Source of the DNA: Octopus vulgaris
Taxonomy: Eukaryota
Reading direction: 5' to 3'
Assembly: GCA_951406725.2 (NCBI GenBank)
Contig: OX597819.1
Location: 89,404,001-89,468,000 of the forward strand
Length of the DNA: 64,000 bases
Below, in pieces: positions 1 to 13,400 of this stretch. Below the pieces are notes generated by a model, which was not told the origin of the DNA, did not search any database, and was given only the letters and a program-made list of their open reading frames with translations. Each line of letters begins with the position of its first letter. Positions within the stretch are counted from its first letter, which is position 1. Position numbers and translations under genes: made by a program.

Positions 1-98
1 TCGACCTCGGCGGAATTTGAACTCAGAATGTAACGGCAGACGAAATACCGCTAAGCAGTTCGCCCGACGTGCTAACGTTTCTGCCAGCTCTCCGCCTT
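1..98 (-). mobile_element. tRNA-derived SINE (family A), 5' part, truncated by window edge
   Basis: Reverse complement gives A-box-like TGGCAGAAACGTTAG and B-box GAGTTCAAATTCC; the same sequence recurs >10 times in the window. Confidence 0.85.
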
Positions 99-99
99 A

Positions 100-495
100 A
101 TGTTCAAGAGAACATTACCGTCTGGAGTTTTGCTCTAGGTACGGCCACCCCAGGCGATCCGATCTCCCGGGGAGGTTCCAGACTAACGGTGACTCATGGC
201 GCGTCGGTTTGTCGTCGAGATGACAGCCCTATCATCTAACTGTTCTGCAGAGGGCCAACAACCCAACTAGAAGAACCCTCAACCTGTTAGGACACCGACC
301 AGAAGAAACCGGAGGGCCCAACATCGGAACGGACCTCTGCATGCCGCTGATGTAGAGAGGCTGGCATAGGACCGCCAGCAATGGCACGGGGAGGTGCATT
401 GGTGGACCTGGTCGGCTCTACGCACGATGACGCCGCTGGGGCCACTAACCTGGGATGATCCCAGCCCTATCGAGCCAGAGTATGGCTGAGTGAGA
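100..495 (+). mobile_element. possible degenerate RTE-type LINE 3' end
   Basis: ~345-385 translates ADVERLA*DRQQW, like the LAxDRxxWR C-terminal motif of RTE ORFs. Confidence 0.3.
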
Positions 496-1003
496 TGTAG
501 TTCCCCAAAACCTAGTTACTATTGAAATATAGTTACTGCTGTTGCATAGCAACAGTTAGATCGAATTAAACAGACCTGTAATCAAAGGCACTCTTTTATC
601 TTGAAGTATAGCGTAATTAAGATTACATTACCTTTTTTGTCTTTCTTTTCTGAGATAGCAGGATGTAATTTGGTGGAGGTTTACTTGCTTTACGGGTCAA
701 GAGACCACAAAGAGGAATCTTTCGTTTGATTGAGATAGAGTCTTATAAGAAAGAAGAGTCCAGTTCTAAAGCTTAAGAGGATTCAAAGAAACATTTGTAG
801 AATTTTATAGTCTTGAATATTAATGAAAAACCACGATTAAGATTATCAGGAAATGGATTTACAAGTTAATGGGGTTTTTGAAATGATGGATGGCTTAAGC
901 ATCCATCTTTTTTTAATGTATTTATGATATGAGTAACAAAGTGCGATTCGGGGAAGCTAGCGCACTTTTAGTGTTGGTTGCGGTGCTAGGAAGAAAATGA
1001 CGT

Positions 1004-1017
1004 GGGAGAGGGAGAGA

Positions 1018-1087
<70 letters not shown>
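1004..1087. repeat. (GA)n microsatellite
   Basis: Direct inspection. Confidence 0.95.
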
Positions 1088-1088
<1 letters not shown>

Positions 1089-2867
1089 GCGTTATGTTCG
1101 AAAGCGAAAACTAACTGTCCTCAAAATATTCAGAGTGGGTTCGAATTTATACATGTTGGAAAGTTGGATGTAGGCCAGAGAACAATGGAAATTTAATGAG
1201 TTTGTCTCTACTGAACTATTTTAAACTTACGAATGTGTAACGATAATATGTTGCAAGGGGTTACCGAAAATTGTAATGAGTAAATAAATGAGTGGAAGAA
1301 AAATAATTAGTTGATATGACCTTTTATTTGATCGTTACAATGTTAGATACAACTTCTTCGATTTGTTATTATACATAGATTACCTGTCTTTCTGTTATTC
1401 TTTCTATAGGTAGCTATGTTCATCTATTGTCGACTGCTAGAAGAACGGATGGAAAAAAGGAAAAGAAAGAGTAAGAGAATTTAGACAAATAGAGAGGGTG
1501 AAAGTTATGTAGATGATGAGCCATACGTGAAGAACTCCTTTGGCCAGGTGCCATTCAAAAGGAAGTAGAACCGAATTTGGGTTCCGCATTTATATTTTTT
1601 CTCACTAAATTAGGTCAGGCTAAACAAAGGATTTTCTCTCTCCTATCTGCCCTGACCCAAGTTTGACTCGAACGGTCACAAGTTTGACTCGAACGGTCAC
1701 AGGTTAACAGTTGACACTCATAAATATCCTAGTGCAAAAACCAAGAACAACAGGAAAGAATCTGGTAGAAAAATTCAGGTTAAGTTTCGAATCATGACAA
1801 AGAATCTAAGAAGCTATTCGTTGCACTTTTGCTTTAATTAAAAAAAAAATATTATTTAATATTTTTTGTACAAATGTTAACTTACGCAATAGAACTGATT
1901 TAAGTGTGACAATTGACTCTCATTTCTAAGTTCTAACGACGAGAACAACAGAAAGGAGCTAATAGAAAAATCTAGACTTAGGTTTCGATTCCTGGCTAAG
2001 AATCCAGGAACGATTTACTTCAAACCAAACAACTGGAGTCGAAGTGTTAGAGAATAATATTCCATAATCGATATTTCAATGTCCTTAATCAAGACAGCCC
2101 ACATACTTGCAAGCTGGTATAATACACCGTAACAAGTAGTGAAAGCCAACGTGTGCTCGATTAGCTTGCAGCGATAGAGTTCCTCGCTTGAATATAGCTT
2201 GGAAAGAGATTAGCTTCACCAAACTGATATGCTCTGTAATGGATTCCATATCTTTAGTGGTTGCCAACGAAGTAATTGCTTATGAAAATCACCATGGAGA
2301 TTGTAACATGTAAAGTGTCGATTACCGCAAACTAACTATTTTCCCTTACATCTGAAGCACAACGGATAAATTTGGCAGTTTGGAATCTATTTTGGTAAAG
2401 AGGATCCACAGACGTGTGAAGTTTACTGCAGTATAATTAACGAAACTCTAGTCAAGGAGAAAAACTAATTGATTGTATCTATTTTTAGATAAGCGACCTT
2501 TAACGACATCTTAACGACACAGGATGATACGAGATATGCCTGTACAATCAACCCCAAACATGTGACACCTATCACGTATAATACAAGGCAGGAAGGGGAG
2601 GAAGAAAGAACTAATAGCTATTATGATCCCAATTTAGACTGAAGAGCTGTTCAGAGAAAACCTAGACATCATGAAGGTTTTTTTTTTAGAAATACCAAAA
2701 TTCACAGGGATCTCGTCGTTGCAAAATACTTTCAGTAGAAAGATATATTCCATGCAGTTATAGCAGAGCCTGCATATATAAACATGAAACCTAGAGATGA
2801 TGGATGGGGGCATTTACACGGTTGCTCGATTTGCTAGAAATAGCAACCACCACAAATCACACTCCAC

Positions 2868-3163
2868 ATACATACATACATACATACATACATACATACA
2901 TACATACATACATACATACATACATACATACATACATACATACATGAATGCTTACATATATACATACGTACATGCATGCTTACATACATACATGTATGCA
3001 TGCTTGTTTACATACATACATACATGACTGCTTACATATACACATACGTACATGCATGCCTACATACATACATACATACATACATACATACATACATACA
3101 TACATACATACATACATACATACATACATACATACATACATACATACATACATACATACATAC
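2868..3163. repeat. (TACA)n microsatellite with degenerate internal block
   Basis: Direct inspection. Confidence 0.95.
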
Positions 3164-3510
3164 AGCTGGCATATGTAACACACTGCCTAAATACCAATCT
3201 TGAGAAATTAGAAAGAAGAGGGCTAATTCGAAGACAACAGATCCAATCCATCACCAGAACTGTAAAGACCAGTAAAACTTTCCAGAAGTTTATCATTTAA
3301 GTATATATGACCTTGTCTAGATATGCAACTATATGCACGAGCATACATGCATAAAACAAAGCATACCAATTTGCACATATACATATATACATACATACAA
3401 AAATACACTGTTGGTGTTGTTGAAATTCTAATGACGGAGCCTTGGATCTAGATTAGGAACCACCTCATTCTCTACTAGCAAGATTTCTTGAAATAAAACT
3501 GTATAATGAC
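3164..3510 (+). mobile_element. 5'-truncated RLE-type (R4-like) LINE 3' end embedded in (TACA)n
   Basis: Translates LAYVTHCLNTNLEKL...LIRRQQIQSITRTVKTSKTFQKFII*, homologous to the C-terminus of the element at 44350-46230 (QLQGTVKICKTFEGF); (TACA)n on both sides. Confidence 0.55.
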
Positions 3511-3681
3511 ATACATACATACATAATACATACATACATACATGCATGCATACATACATACATACATACATACATACATACATACATACATGCATGCATG
3601 CATGCATGCATACATACATACATACATACATACATACATACATACATACATACATGAATACATACATACATACGTACATAC

Positions 3682-5775
3682 ATTGAGGAGACCATTTCGT
3701 TAACATCAGCTGTAAATCGCTACGTTTTGTAATTTTAAGACAGTTTTTCTTGGATTCTAGCACATTGTCAACTGGACTGAATCCACATTCGATAAAATAA
3801 GATGAAGAAAAATGAATCAATAGTTCTCTTGCTGATGTAGAGATGTTGGGGGTATTTTCTTTCAACCTCGTCACATAGCCACATATTTGCACCGTTCAAT
3901 TTAAACAAAGTCTTCACTGATTCATCATGTCGTAATTCGGATAACGCTTCTTGGTATTCAATTACAAGCATCAGAAATGAAATGTCAATCAGCAGTGGTT
4001 GAGTTAACCAATGGAAAAAAATAATTCATTGCCTTCAAATCACAAAATCTGTCGTTGAAGTCCTTTATTAAGATATTTAAATGGTCAATAATTACGGTAG
4101 CAGCATCATTTGTTATCTCAAGTGGTATAACTGACTGAAATTGCTTTTGGAAAGATTTTTTTGGCATATTTCGAGGGCTATAATGAATCCAAAAATCTTT
4201 GCCTTCGCACCAGCAAACATCATGTTTGCACATTGGAGTTGTTTATTCGAGTTTCCAAGTTTCTCAAAGATGCTGTCAAATAATTGACAAACGCTTTTCC
4301 ATCCGTTGTTGACAGCATTTTCATTTCACATTTATTACCGAAAAAGTCATTAAGCTGATCAAATAATTCCATGAACCTTTTAAAGTTATTTCCATTTGAT
4401 AGCCATCTTACTTCTGTATGAAGCAATAATTGAACATGCTCGGCACTTTGATTTACACAAAACTGCTTAAAAAGACGTTCGGCTTTGGGATTTGCTTTAA
4501 TGCTATTGACACATTTGATCACGGCTCGTAGAACCTCGTTAAGAACAGAGGAAGTTTCTTGGCAACCAGGTTTTCTCGGTGTATGACGCAATGGACAATC
4601 AGCATGTTTGGATTTTCATCCTCCATCATTTCTAAGCATCCCCTTTTCTTGCCCATCATAGCAGGTGCATCGTCAGCCGTGCATGACAGTAAGTTTTCTT
4701 TAGGTATTTTTCTTGTATCCAAATAATGTTTAAGTTTGCTGTGAATATCTTTTGCTGTTGTTGTTGTTTCCAATGATTCGCAAAACAACTTCGCTTCCTG
4801 AAAGCCTTACATAAGTCAATAACAGGGCCTCACTGTCCCGAAATGTGGATTCATCCATTTGTAATGAGAATTTTCGTGATTTTAATGTCTCAGTAAGCTG
4901 GTTTTCAACATCTTGCCCTATCTCATCAATTGGAGATAGTATTATTACTGAGTGTCATGGCCCTGACCTATCTATCATCATTTTGTTGTACAGTTTTTAA
5001 GAACATTGAGATATCTAGTTTAATCAGTTGCTCTCCAATAGCATGATTCTTTCTATGCTTTGTTCTAAGCAGAGAAATTTCGTAGCTGGCTTTGAGGGCA
5101 CGAGTGCGGGATGCATGTTGTGCAGCATATAGTGAAGTGAGTATTGTTCGGTTTTCAAAATTTCCTTTCAGTAATTTGAAGTTCTCCAAATCTGAATTAG
5201 AATTGTTGGGATGTCTTATCTTCAAGTGCGTTTTTAGCCTGCTTGACCTCATTGACTCATTTTCTGATGACACATTAAGCAGAACTGTTTACGCTCATTA
5301 TGGTCATCAGGAATAAACCCAAACTTCAAAAACTCCACCGAATATTGACGAGACTTCTTCTTGCTTTGTTTACTCATTTTAAAAGGGGCTGATACAAATC
5401 CAAGAAAGCGATGAAGTGATGGAGATCACAATTTTTGCACAGCATAGAAAGAAAGGGATTCGAAGCATCAATCAGCAATAGTGAGCAGAGTTGACTGCTA
5501 CTTTTTTTATAAACACTTGACGCTGGACGATAGATATTGAAACAGAGAAACAAACGCCTAACAAATGCAGATACCTCACTCGATTGGTTGTAGCTACATC
5601 GATTCCCACGGTTCAAGTATAAATATTGCCTGGTGATGCTTTTTTTTTCATTTCAATGCCCAAATATAGGTTTAGGGTCGACAAGTGTGCGCTCAAGTCA
5701 CTTGCAAAAATTTTCACAACCCACGCTAACGCACGCCCCACCCCAATTTTCCACGTCCCACGTAGAGAAACACTG
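3682..5775 (-). mobile_element. hAT (Buster/Charlie-like) DNA transposon, degenerate, 3' end lost
   Basis: Terminal CAGTGTTTCTC on minus strand ending at 5775, flanked by CCCTAACC (NNNTANNN Buster-type target); transposase fragments inside. Confidence 0.85.
3683..5377 (-). pseudogene. hAT transposase pseudogene (ZBED8/SCAND3-like family)
   Basis: Motifs across frameshifted ORFs: MSKQSKKKSRQYSVEFLKFGF, LKTHLKIRHP, CTADDAPAMMG, HCVIHRENL, LLLHTEVRWLS, HFSSSYFIECGFS. Confidence 0.85.
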
Positions 5776-6379
5776 CCCTAACCATTAAGTCATGCACTTC
5801 CACGTACATACATTTCTTCCGTCACAGCTGACCAGGAATTAATATGACCGAGCTGTCACACTGCTCTCCATAGGATTCTTCCCTGCATGTCGGTGTGTGC
5901 ATTACGGTCACTAACCAAAACGGAAGCGTAGTATAACCGGGAAGATGGATTTTGAGGTCTCACCTCGTCGTTTCATCGTTTGCATGACCACGTGTTTGCC
6001 ATAGGACTATTTATTCAGGACTGGTGCAGGTCTTTACACCACGACGACGACGACGTCCACCACAACGACGTCCACCACAACGACAACAACAACAACTGTG
6101 AAATAAGAATCTCTCGTGACCGAAGTAAGTATCCGGCAAAGAATGCTGAATATGCTATACTTGGAATATAGCTAGTTACATATACCATAAACTATTACAG
6201 GCAGCTTGTAATCAGAACCAAAATCTAAGTTTAATGAGTAAGCAAACGGGGGGACTCTGGTCTGTGACTGAACCACATTAATCTGATATATGATTGAGTG
6301 AATCGATCAGAAGATATTGATCACATATAAGAGAAGAGGTTTCTTCTTCTTTTACTTTTGATGACTGTAACTTTGACCA

Positions 6380-6870
6380 GATGTCTTCAGATGGTATCCA
6401 ACGATCATTGGATGTTTCAACCCCGAACCATTGGTCAGCATGGTGGTTAAACCACTGCTCATCATCTCCTTCTGGCTTCCAGCTTAATTCCTCTTTCTTG
6501 CTCTCTAGCACTGCCCCGCAGCTGGTATACCGCGGCACACTGATGTTTCCAGGAGGCGATGATAGGTGTGCCGCAGTGTAACCTGAATATAATTTTTTCC
6601 CTATACTTTTAGCTATATTTCTAGTTCAGGTGTGCCGCCGAATTTTGAATAGAATATGTGTACTGTAAGGGAAAAAAGGTTGCGGAGCACTGCTCTAAAA
6701 CCAACAAGAGCTTCATTTCTGCTGTCTCTCCTATCATACACGCTGCTACTTTTCGCCCTTCTCTTATTCCATTAGCTGTAAATATTCTCCAAACCGACTG
6801 AACAGAAAATCCTCTATAGCCAACTTCATGCAAACGTAAAAGAGTTCCTGCAACAGATTTGAACTTACAA
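6380..6870 (-). mobile_element. HERO/NeSL-like RLE LINE 3' fragment, interrupted by a MITE
   Basis: EVGYRGFSVQSVWRIFTANGI...IGETAE continues across the MITE into KEELSWKPEG, matching the EVGCRGF...W...WKP C-terminal pattern. Confidence 0.55.
6509..6692. mobile_element. hAT-type MITE
   Basis: Imperfect TIRs CACTGCCCCGCAGCT / AGGTTGCGGAGCACTG; internal CGGCACAC/GTGTGCCG motifs typical of Charlie-type MITEs. Confidence 0.65.
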
Positions 6871-7635
6871 CTCATCAACTGGCGGTCCAGTATCTTAATT
6901 ACACAATCATCTCGCTCTATCAACCCCAAAACCCACACAATCACTGAATATTGAAGAGTAGTGTTAAACTGTATTATCGGCACACCATTGCCGTCTTGTT
7001 TCTCTGCTCAAGGGGAATTCTCTGCCAAACACTTCATTCATTTGAGAAGTAAAGAAGTCATTCAATTTTAATTACTATGCTGTCGTAATAATGAATTAAA
7101 CACCTCTTCGTTTCACAACTGTTCTTTGGAGAAGATTTCACACTTGACCTTTATATATTAAATATTCAAATTATAGCTTTGGTTCGCTTTATAAGATATC
7201 TGGCAAGATTTTAACATCCCTTTTTATTATTTTCAAACTCGATTAAATCTTCGAGAGAATAACATACAATAAAAACCTGTGAAAACCGAACACGAGACAA
7301 CCGATTCTTTATCTCCTTGTAGAATAAGTTCTATATTTTGCTGCATTTGTCTTCATGAATACTATTCTCTCTATGAATAACATGAATAACAAATAAAGTT
7401 GGTCATCAAAATTAATACTAACACGACAGAATTCTGTCGTCCGTGTGTTATATATCTGATTAAATCTCGTGATGGACATGTTGCTGATCTGTACCCTCTA
7501 TTTACTTAATTTTTCTCAAATGGGAATTAAAATACGATGAAGCAGTTTGATGATCAAACGTCAAAATGCAGACAAGTTGTTGTCTGTTAAAAGTTCAAAA
7601 TACATCAAGGTTAATGCAAATAGTACAGAGAAAGG

Positions 7636-7720
<85 letters not shown>
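7636..7720. repeat. (GACA)n(GATA)n microsatellite
   Basis: Direct inspection. Confidence 0.95.
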
Positions 7721-7721
<1 letters not shown>

Positions 7722-8024
7722 GAAAGAGAAAGACATATGGGGTGGTGGAAATCTATGTTATTTGCACTATTAACCCCTCTTTGTATGTTGTAATTATTTA
7801 GTTGTCGTTTACTTTTGTTCAAACATATTCAGTAGGGACACGTTAAATCTATTCCCTCCGTAGGTTTTCCTTTCCTTTCCTTTTATATCTTATTTGATAA
7901 ACCCCACTGCACATAATTTCAACCTTGTTCGATCGTTTCTTTGCTAGAAAGGGATATTGAATTTTAAAGATCCACTTATTCTTAATTTCATTCCATAAAG
8001 CAGTTAAGAAGTTGAAATTTCATT

Positions 8025-8074
<50 letters not shown>

Positions 8075-8247
8075 CTTTTCTACTCTAGGCACAAGGCCCG
8101 ACTCTAGTACCCAACTGGTACTTATCGACCCTGAAAGGAAGGAAGGCAAAGTCGACCTCGGCGGAATTTGAACTCAGAAAGTAATGGCAGACGAAATACG
8201 GCTACGCATTTCGCCCAGCGTGCTAACGTTTCTGCCAGCTCGCCGCC

Positions 8248-8248
<1 letters not shown>
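8075..8248 (-). mobile_element. SINE family A between (TAA)n arrays
   Basis: Near identity to the copy at 1-98 and other copies. Confidence 0.85.
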
Positions 8249-8312
<64 letters not shown>

Positions 8313-8314
<2 letters not shown>

Positions 8315-10048
8315 CCTTTCCTTATTGGGTACAAGGGCCGAATACAAAAACATATAGACACAATACAAAACAAGTGACAAGTGGGGTTTAAAGCAGAAAA
8401 CGTGTAAGCAGTAAAAAACAAGGACAGTTAACAAAATATTTAAACAATAAAACTCCCACTAGGGGGAGTTCCACCCAGGGCCAACCAGGGCAGTCCACAC
8501 ATCCTGGCACCCCGACTGCCTAGGGCACGTCAGGTAGGCACCCCTCTTCCCCTCAACTGTAGAACTTGAAAAAGTCGACGAGGGCTCGGCCGAAGAGGAA
8601 ATTGTCTGTCTTCAGTCCTTTCAACCTCGTCCACCACGCTACCTCTTTCGCTATAGCCAAAGGAAAACTGCCTTTTCCTGTCGGCCAAAAGAAGGCCGTG
8701 GGGCGATCCTTACAATGGACTCGGCTGATAACTGGATCCGTCCTGCACGTGACAACAGCTGTTCGACAAAGCTCCACAGGTCGGTAATACACAGTCATTG
8801 GACGAGTGCATGCAGGATGGTTTCAACACCCTGCGCACACTTCGGACAAGTCCGTCTCACAGTACTTCCATGTCTGTAGAACTTGTTTCGAAGTGTCAGA
8901 ACTCCCTGGTAGCACTGTCAGGCTAGGGATTTCTGTAAGTTATCTATAGACTCTGGCCCGAGTGGGTCGTCTTTCTTTCCCTCCACTAATCCTCTATAGA
9001 ACTCTATGGTGGAACTTCCACCGACCGCGTTGCCCGACTGGCAGGAGACCGTGAGCGCTCCAGGTACCAAGCACCCGTTCTTGGTCTACAATTGACTCAG
9101 GACTGTAGCTGCACCAATGAAATGAGCTGCGGAAAGTCCCGTTTCACGAACGGCGACCGCACCTGCTCACCCTTAAGGAAACGCTGGAGATGTCGCAGCC
9201 TCAGTGCATGTCTGCGCAACATTAACCACGTTGTGCCCAGTCCTCCACACAGCAGCTGTTGACAGCTGATGGATCATATGACGAGCGGAACACGTCCCTT
9301 CCATAGAAAGTGGAAGAGCAAGTGCTCCAACTTTATCAGACACGAAGTGGAGCAAGGGACAACAGTCAGGCGGGTAGTAGATGACGAAAGCGATGTACGC
9401 ATTCGCCACCTCCGCCCGACCCTTCAGGAACAGCTTCCTCTTTTCCCATTTCTGAGTGAGATTGGCTACCCTACTCGTCACCTCCCTCCACTTCATGTCC
9501 ACCTGGGGGTCTGGACCAAACCAGACCCGAGCAATTTAACCGGTCCTTCCGTCCAGCGCCCTACAACGCTGTCGGTTGGCATGGACCTGCTTCTCCGAGT
9601 GCCGAGCTGCAGGCTCACTGACTTCTACTGGTTGATATTTGCTCCTGTCATCGCTTCATACTCCGACCACCTCGATTTCCGAAATGTCCGATACTATTAC
9701 TGTAACATCGTTCGCGTAAGCCAACACGAACCCTCGAAACATCCAGCTTCCGTAGTAATGGCTCGAGAGCCAATTCGTACAGAAAAGGCGAGAGTAGGCC
9801 ACCTTGATGGACCGAACGAGCGATGTTAAATGATTCCGATATGTGGCCATTTACTTTGACAACCGAACAGATGTCGCTGTACATTGCAGCGATCCAACCT
9901 CTGAAAATGGGACCGAAACCCGCTGCCTCGAGAACTGCCTCCAAGTATTGGTGGTGGACCCTATCAAAAGCTTCCGACTGATCCGAATTGATCAGGGCCC
10001 CACCCATGCCAGTTTCCTTACTGTTATGATGAGAATCATGATACACTT
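8313..10048 (-). mobile_element. Tx1/L1-clade LINE, ORF2 RT and C-terminus, degenerate
   Basis: GALINSDQSEAFDRVHHQYL, SVHQGGLLSPFLY, AYANDV (YADD-derived), C-terminal CPKC...ETILHAL zinc knuckle; 3' end abuts the (TAA)n array. Confidence 0.85.
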
Positions 10049-10342
10049 TGTGATAATGAACTAGCCGAACTAGAATAAGTAGCAGCGTGTTTGAGTGAGA
10101 GTGACAGATGAGAAATTGCAGGAAGTCGAAAGGTGTCGTGCATGGGTTTGTAGAGTCACAGGAAATTATTGAGAAGTTGTTATAGTTCGTTGAAAGTTGT
10201 TTTGGATTAGTTACAGTTATTGGCAGAATATTTGGTAATACATCAAGTGGAGACAGTTAGTGTCTACCCCGTTCCGTGGTACTGTATGCCACACTGTATT
10301 AGTGCACGACACTAAGGTGGCATATGCAGAAACCACGATATA
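10049..10342 (+). repeat. putative 5' LTR
   Basis: Begins TGTGAT exactly where the LINE RT homology stops and ends just before the PBS; no second copy to confirm. Confidence 0.6.
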
Positions 10343-10415
10343 AAAGTGGCGACGAGTGATTCGAAGCTTACGTTAGTTATTAGCAATTTTTTATGATACA
10401 AGAATTTCATTAATT

Positions 10416-13400
10416 ATGGAAGACCTATTAATTGACATATTGCAGTTGCAAAAGCAACAGCAACAGCAGCCACGGGAGTTGCACTATCAACTACAATAGC
10501 AACAGCTAGAACACAATCAGTTACTGGAACTGATGTTGAAGACGGGAAACATTGCAAGTTTGTTTTTGCCAGACGGTGTAGCGAGTGTTATAACTGAATT
10601 TAGTTATAACCCAGAAGAGAGTTCAATTTTTTTCGGCGTACTTCAGAAAATACGAAGAAATCTTCAAGGAAGACTGCAAGTGATGGGCAGACGATGAAAA
10701 AGTGAATCTACTGCTACGGAAACTAGGTCCTTCAGAACATGAAAAATACAGCAATTTCAATGTTGCCAAAAAAAGTAATGTGAAATTTGTTTCGAGGAAA
10801 CAATTGAATTGCTATCCTAAATGTTCAGTGGTAAGAATTCTCTGTTTAACACTCGCTGGGAGTGTTTGAACCTAGTAAAAGAAGAGGACGAAGATTTTGT
10901 CGGTTATGCCGGAATCGTAAATAAAATGTGCGAAAAATTTAAACTGAAGGAATTATTTCCGGACATGTTTAAATGCCTCATCTTTGTGCAAGGTTTGGCG
11001 GCAAACAAAGATGAAGAAATACGTTCATGGATTCTTACAAAACTAGAACAGGTGGACCAGAATTTAACCCTGCAGGCAGTAGCAGAGGAATGTCAAAGAA
11101 TTATCAACCTGCGACAGGACGTAAAGAAAATTGAAAAAAAAAATTTTTTCTCACAAGAACAGACATATCGACCGGAATAAATAAAGAAAAAAGAATGTTA
11201 TGACGAAATCCATGCTATGGGTATGGAAGTCTGCATTTTAAGAAAGACTGTTCTTTTAAAACTCGGAAATGCTTTAGTTGTAAAAAATACGACATAAAAG
11301 CTTGCACTGCAGAGCGAAACAAAAAAGATCGAGAAAAAATTCTTCTAAAAAGGTTTGTTCAACGAAAAATCATGACAGCATCCAAAACGAAAAAAAAAAT
11401 AAGTATGCGTATGTAAAAATAAACGACGTGTACGTGAAACTACAACTAGACACAGGTAGCGACATTACAATTATTGATACCGACACGTAGAAGGAAATTG
11501 GGAAACCTACATTAAAGAAAACACCGAAAAGTGCGCGTGGCGTTACCGGTGAAAGATTACACTTCTTAGGCGAAATGGTAAGCGATATTACATTTCGTGG
11601 TAAAACCTGTAAAGCGAAGGTGTTTATGTAAAAAAATGCAACAAACTAGTTCGATACTGGATGGAGTTGTTAGATTTATGGGACCTCCCCATAAATCTGT
11701 TCTGTAAAAACATAAATGATTGTTCTTCCAGTAAGAATAAGGCGTTAGATGAACTGAAGAAAAAAATTTTAAATGCTTTTCCAAAAGTGCTGTCGGATAA
11801 ATTAGGTTTGTGTACTAATACTGAGGCATATTTCCAAATTAAGTGTTCAAACCAAAAAGAACGGTACCTTTGCTGTAATAAAACATGTTAAGGAAGAATT
11901 AGACGGATTAGAGAAAATTGGAGTCATTCAAAATGGTAAATATACAAAATAGGCAGCTCCAATGGTGTGTATAAAAAAATCAGAGGAACAAAATTAGGGT
12001 GTGTGCCGATTTTCCCATTGGTTTGAATGAGTGTATGAAAACGTGTCATTATCCGCTACTACTCCGGAGGATATTTTTGAAAAATTAAACGGGGGGCAAA
12101 ATATTTTCGAAACTGTATCTCTCCGATGCGTACCTACAAATTAGAGCAGATGGGTAATGTTCAAAATGCCTAACAGTGAATACGCATAAAGGACTATATA
12201 GGTATAACAGATTACTATTTGGTCTAAAGGTCGCACTTGCAATTTTTCAACAGGTTATGGATGCAATGTTATCAGACTGTGAATTTACAATTCCATACGT
12301 GGATGATATATTAATTAAAAGTGGATCTCGTGATCAGCATGTCGAGCATGTAAAATGTGTTTTTGAAACAATAAGAGATAACGGTTTCACACTGAGTGAA
12401 GAAAAATGTAAATTTTCCTTACCTAAAATTAAGTATTTTGGACAAATTATCGACAGGAATGGACAACGACCGGACCCGTCGAGGGCAGACGCAATTAAAA
12501 AAAAAGCCATCTCCGACTAATATAAGGACCTTACAAATTTTTCTAGGTCTAGCGAATTATTATCAAAACTATATACCAAATATGCATGAATTGAGATCTC
12601 CACGAAGTAATTTGCTAAAAAAGAATGTGAAGTGGAATTGGCCAAATAATTGTCAAGAGCCGTTTGACGATATTAAAAAATTATTAATATCGGATTTAAC
12701 ACTGGTTTGTTTCGATCCTGCAGCGGAGATCGTTGTAGCTTCTGACGCTTCTGAATACGACATAGGAGCAGTAATGCTACACAAATATAAAGACGGTAAT
12801 ACGAAGGTGGTGGTTCATGCCTCACGTTCTCTGATAGCGGCAGAGAAAAACTATTGTCAAATAGAGAAAGAAGCTCTAAAGATCATTTTTTCGGTGAAGA
12901 AATTTCACAGATTTCTGTACGGTAGAAGTTTTCGGCTACAGGCAGATCACCGACCATTATTAACAATTTGGGGCTCGAAGAAAGGAATCCCTACCCATAC
13001 TACAAATAGGTTACAACGTTGGGGGTACGGTATTGTTAAATTACGACTTTAAGATGGAATATACACCATCCAAGATGTTTGGCCATGTGGATTGTTTATC
13101 AAGGCTAATTCCAAAAATACGGAACTATTCGAAGATACCGTGAGTGCCGCGTTCGAGCGGAAAATGAAATAAAAATACATTTTGTGTAACGTCATTCGGG
13201 AGCTGCCAGTAACTGTTCAAGATATAAAATTAAAGTCGGAGAATGTCAAATACATTGCAAAGATGAAAGAAACGTTGACAGTAAAAGAAAATAAAAATAT
13301 ACGCAAATGCGAACCATTTTTCTCTGTTTTAATGTGTTGGTGTACGCACTACAAAAGCGTGTATTAACGACTTTCATATAAGACACCCATGGATTTCAAG

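Noticed and set aside
4220-5377. Domesticated ZBED/SCAND-type host gene
   Set aside because: Multiple frameshifts and stops plus a retained TIR indicate a dead transposon
6380-6425. GAAAC...CTGAAGA hammerhead-like words in the HERO 3' tail (minus strand)
   Set aside because: No room for stem I; topology does not close
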